47,093 nucleotides of DNA, taken from a virus (lineage: Duplodnaviria > Caudoviricetes). Location of the stretch: IMG/VR virus record IMGVR_UViG_3300010383_000115, positions 1 to 47,093 of that record. One strand, given 5' to 3'. Within the stretch, counting starts at the first letter, position 1. Each line of letters opens with the position of its first letter. The notes beneath the pieces were generated by a model that did not search any database, had not been told where the DNA came from, and worked only from the letters and a program-made list of their open reading frames with translations. A program made the position numbers and the translations under genes. Shown here piece by piece: positions 46,715 to 47,093 of this stretch.

Positions 46715-46823
46715 AAAATGAACATTTTTAGAAGACATTTTTAATAATAAAACACATCAAAAAACGCCATATGGTTAGATTTAAAATACAACCAATTATA
46801 AAACATTCAATTTAGCCTTTATT

Positions 46824-47093
46824 ATGAAAAAATACATCATCATTTTGTCTGGATTCCTGGCATTTATAATAATCGAATCTTGTAAGAAATCGGACAAATC
46901 CTGCTGGTCCTGTCACCAATATTTTGCTCCATCAAATTATCCTACAAAAGTTCTGTTTAGAGATACTATTTGTGGAAAAAATCAGGATGAGATAAACAAA
47001 ATCATGAAAGAAGCGCCGAATACATACAAAGGAACTAATACCCAATTCTACGGTGCTCCTGCATCATCATCTAAAGATTGTGATAAGTTATGA
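46824..47093 (+). CDS. Cys-rich lipoprotein
   Basis: MKK-hydrophobic-IES|C lipobox followed by KKSD; CWSC, C, C. Confidence 0.75.
   Translation: MKKYIIILSGFLAFIIIESCKKSDKSCWSCHQYFAPSNYPTKVLFRDTICGKNQDEINKIMKEAPNTYKGTNTQFYGAPASSSKDCDKL

Larger units (their letters stand above)
1..47093. mobile_element. Temperate prophage (siphovirus-like), probable Bacteroidota host
   Basis: Integrase, cI/cro, DnaB, terminase, portal, capsid, tape measure and endolysin are all present; no host genes seen. Confidence 0.95.

Noticed and set aside
1-47093. attL/attR direct repeats
   Set aside because: The window starts at the int ATG and ends at a stop codon; no terminal repeat was seen, so att sites probably lie outside
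1-47093. CRISPR array, diversity-generating retroelement or invertible fibre cassette
   Set aside because: No repeat-spacer array, reverse transcriptase, second recombinase or duplicated fibre end was seen
1-47093. Alternative genetic code
   Set aside because: Genes are full length and tightly packed under the standard code, and TAA, TAG and TGA all serve as stops

Overview
The window is essentially one complete temperate tailed (siphovirus-like) prophage of a Bacteroidota host. The host is inferred from TAnnTTTG promoter elements, signal peptides with Gln at +1 and the protein families present. The window runs exactly from the integrase start codon to the stop of a lipoprotein after the repressor; no att sites or host genes are visible. 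Left to right: tyrosine integrase (+); lysis cassette; lectin-like and tail-fibre-like genes; tail tube and neck; major capsid, scaffold, minor head and portal; a glycosyltransferase; tail tip, tape measure and a frameshifted tail chaperone; terminase; replication, methylation and recombination genes (all -); then the cro/cI switch and a repeat-rich putative origin. The strongest candidate for an undescribed system is extracytoplasmic maturation of virion parts. The only tail-fibre-like protein and its lectin-like neighbour carry Sec signal peptides, and the fibre has many Bacteroidota O-glycosylation sequons. The late region also encodes a membrane CxxC protein, Cys-rich structural proteins and a glycosyltransferase. 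Other signals are a palindromic late operator present three times, a tRNA-Leu-like RNA without an anticodon arm plus a tRNA minihelix, and DnaJ-type zinc fingers inside the portal. All family calls come from motif recognition by eye, not database searches.
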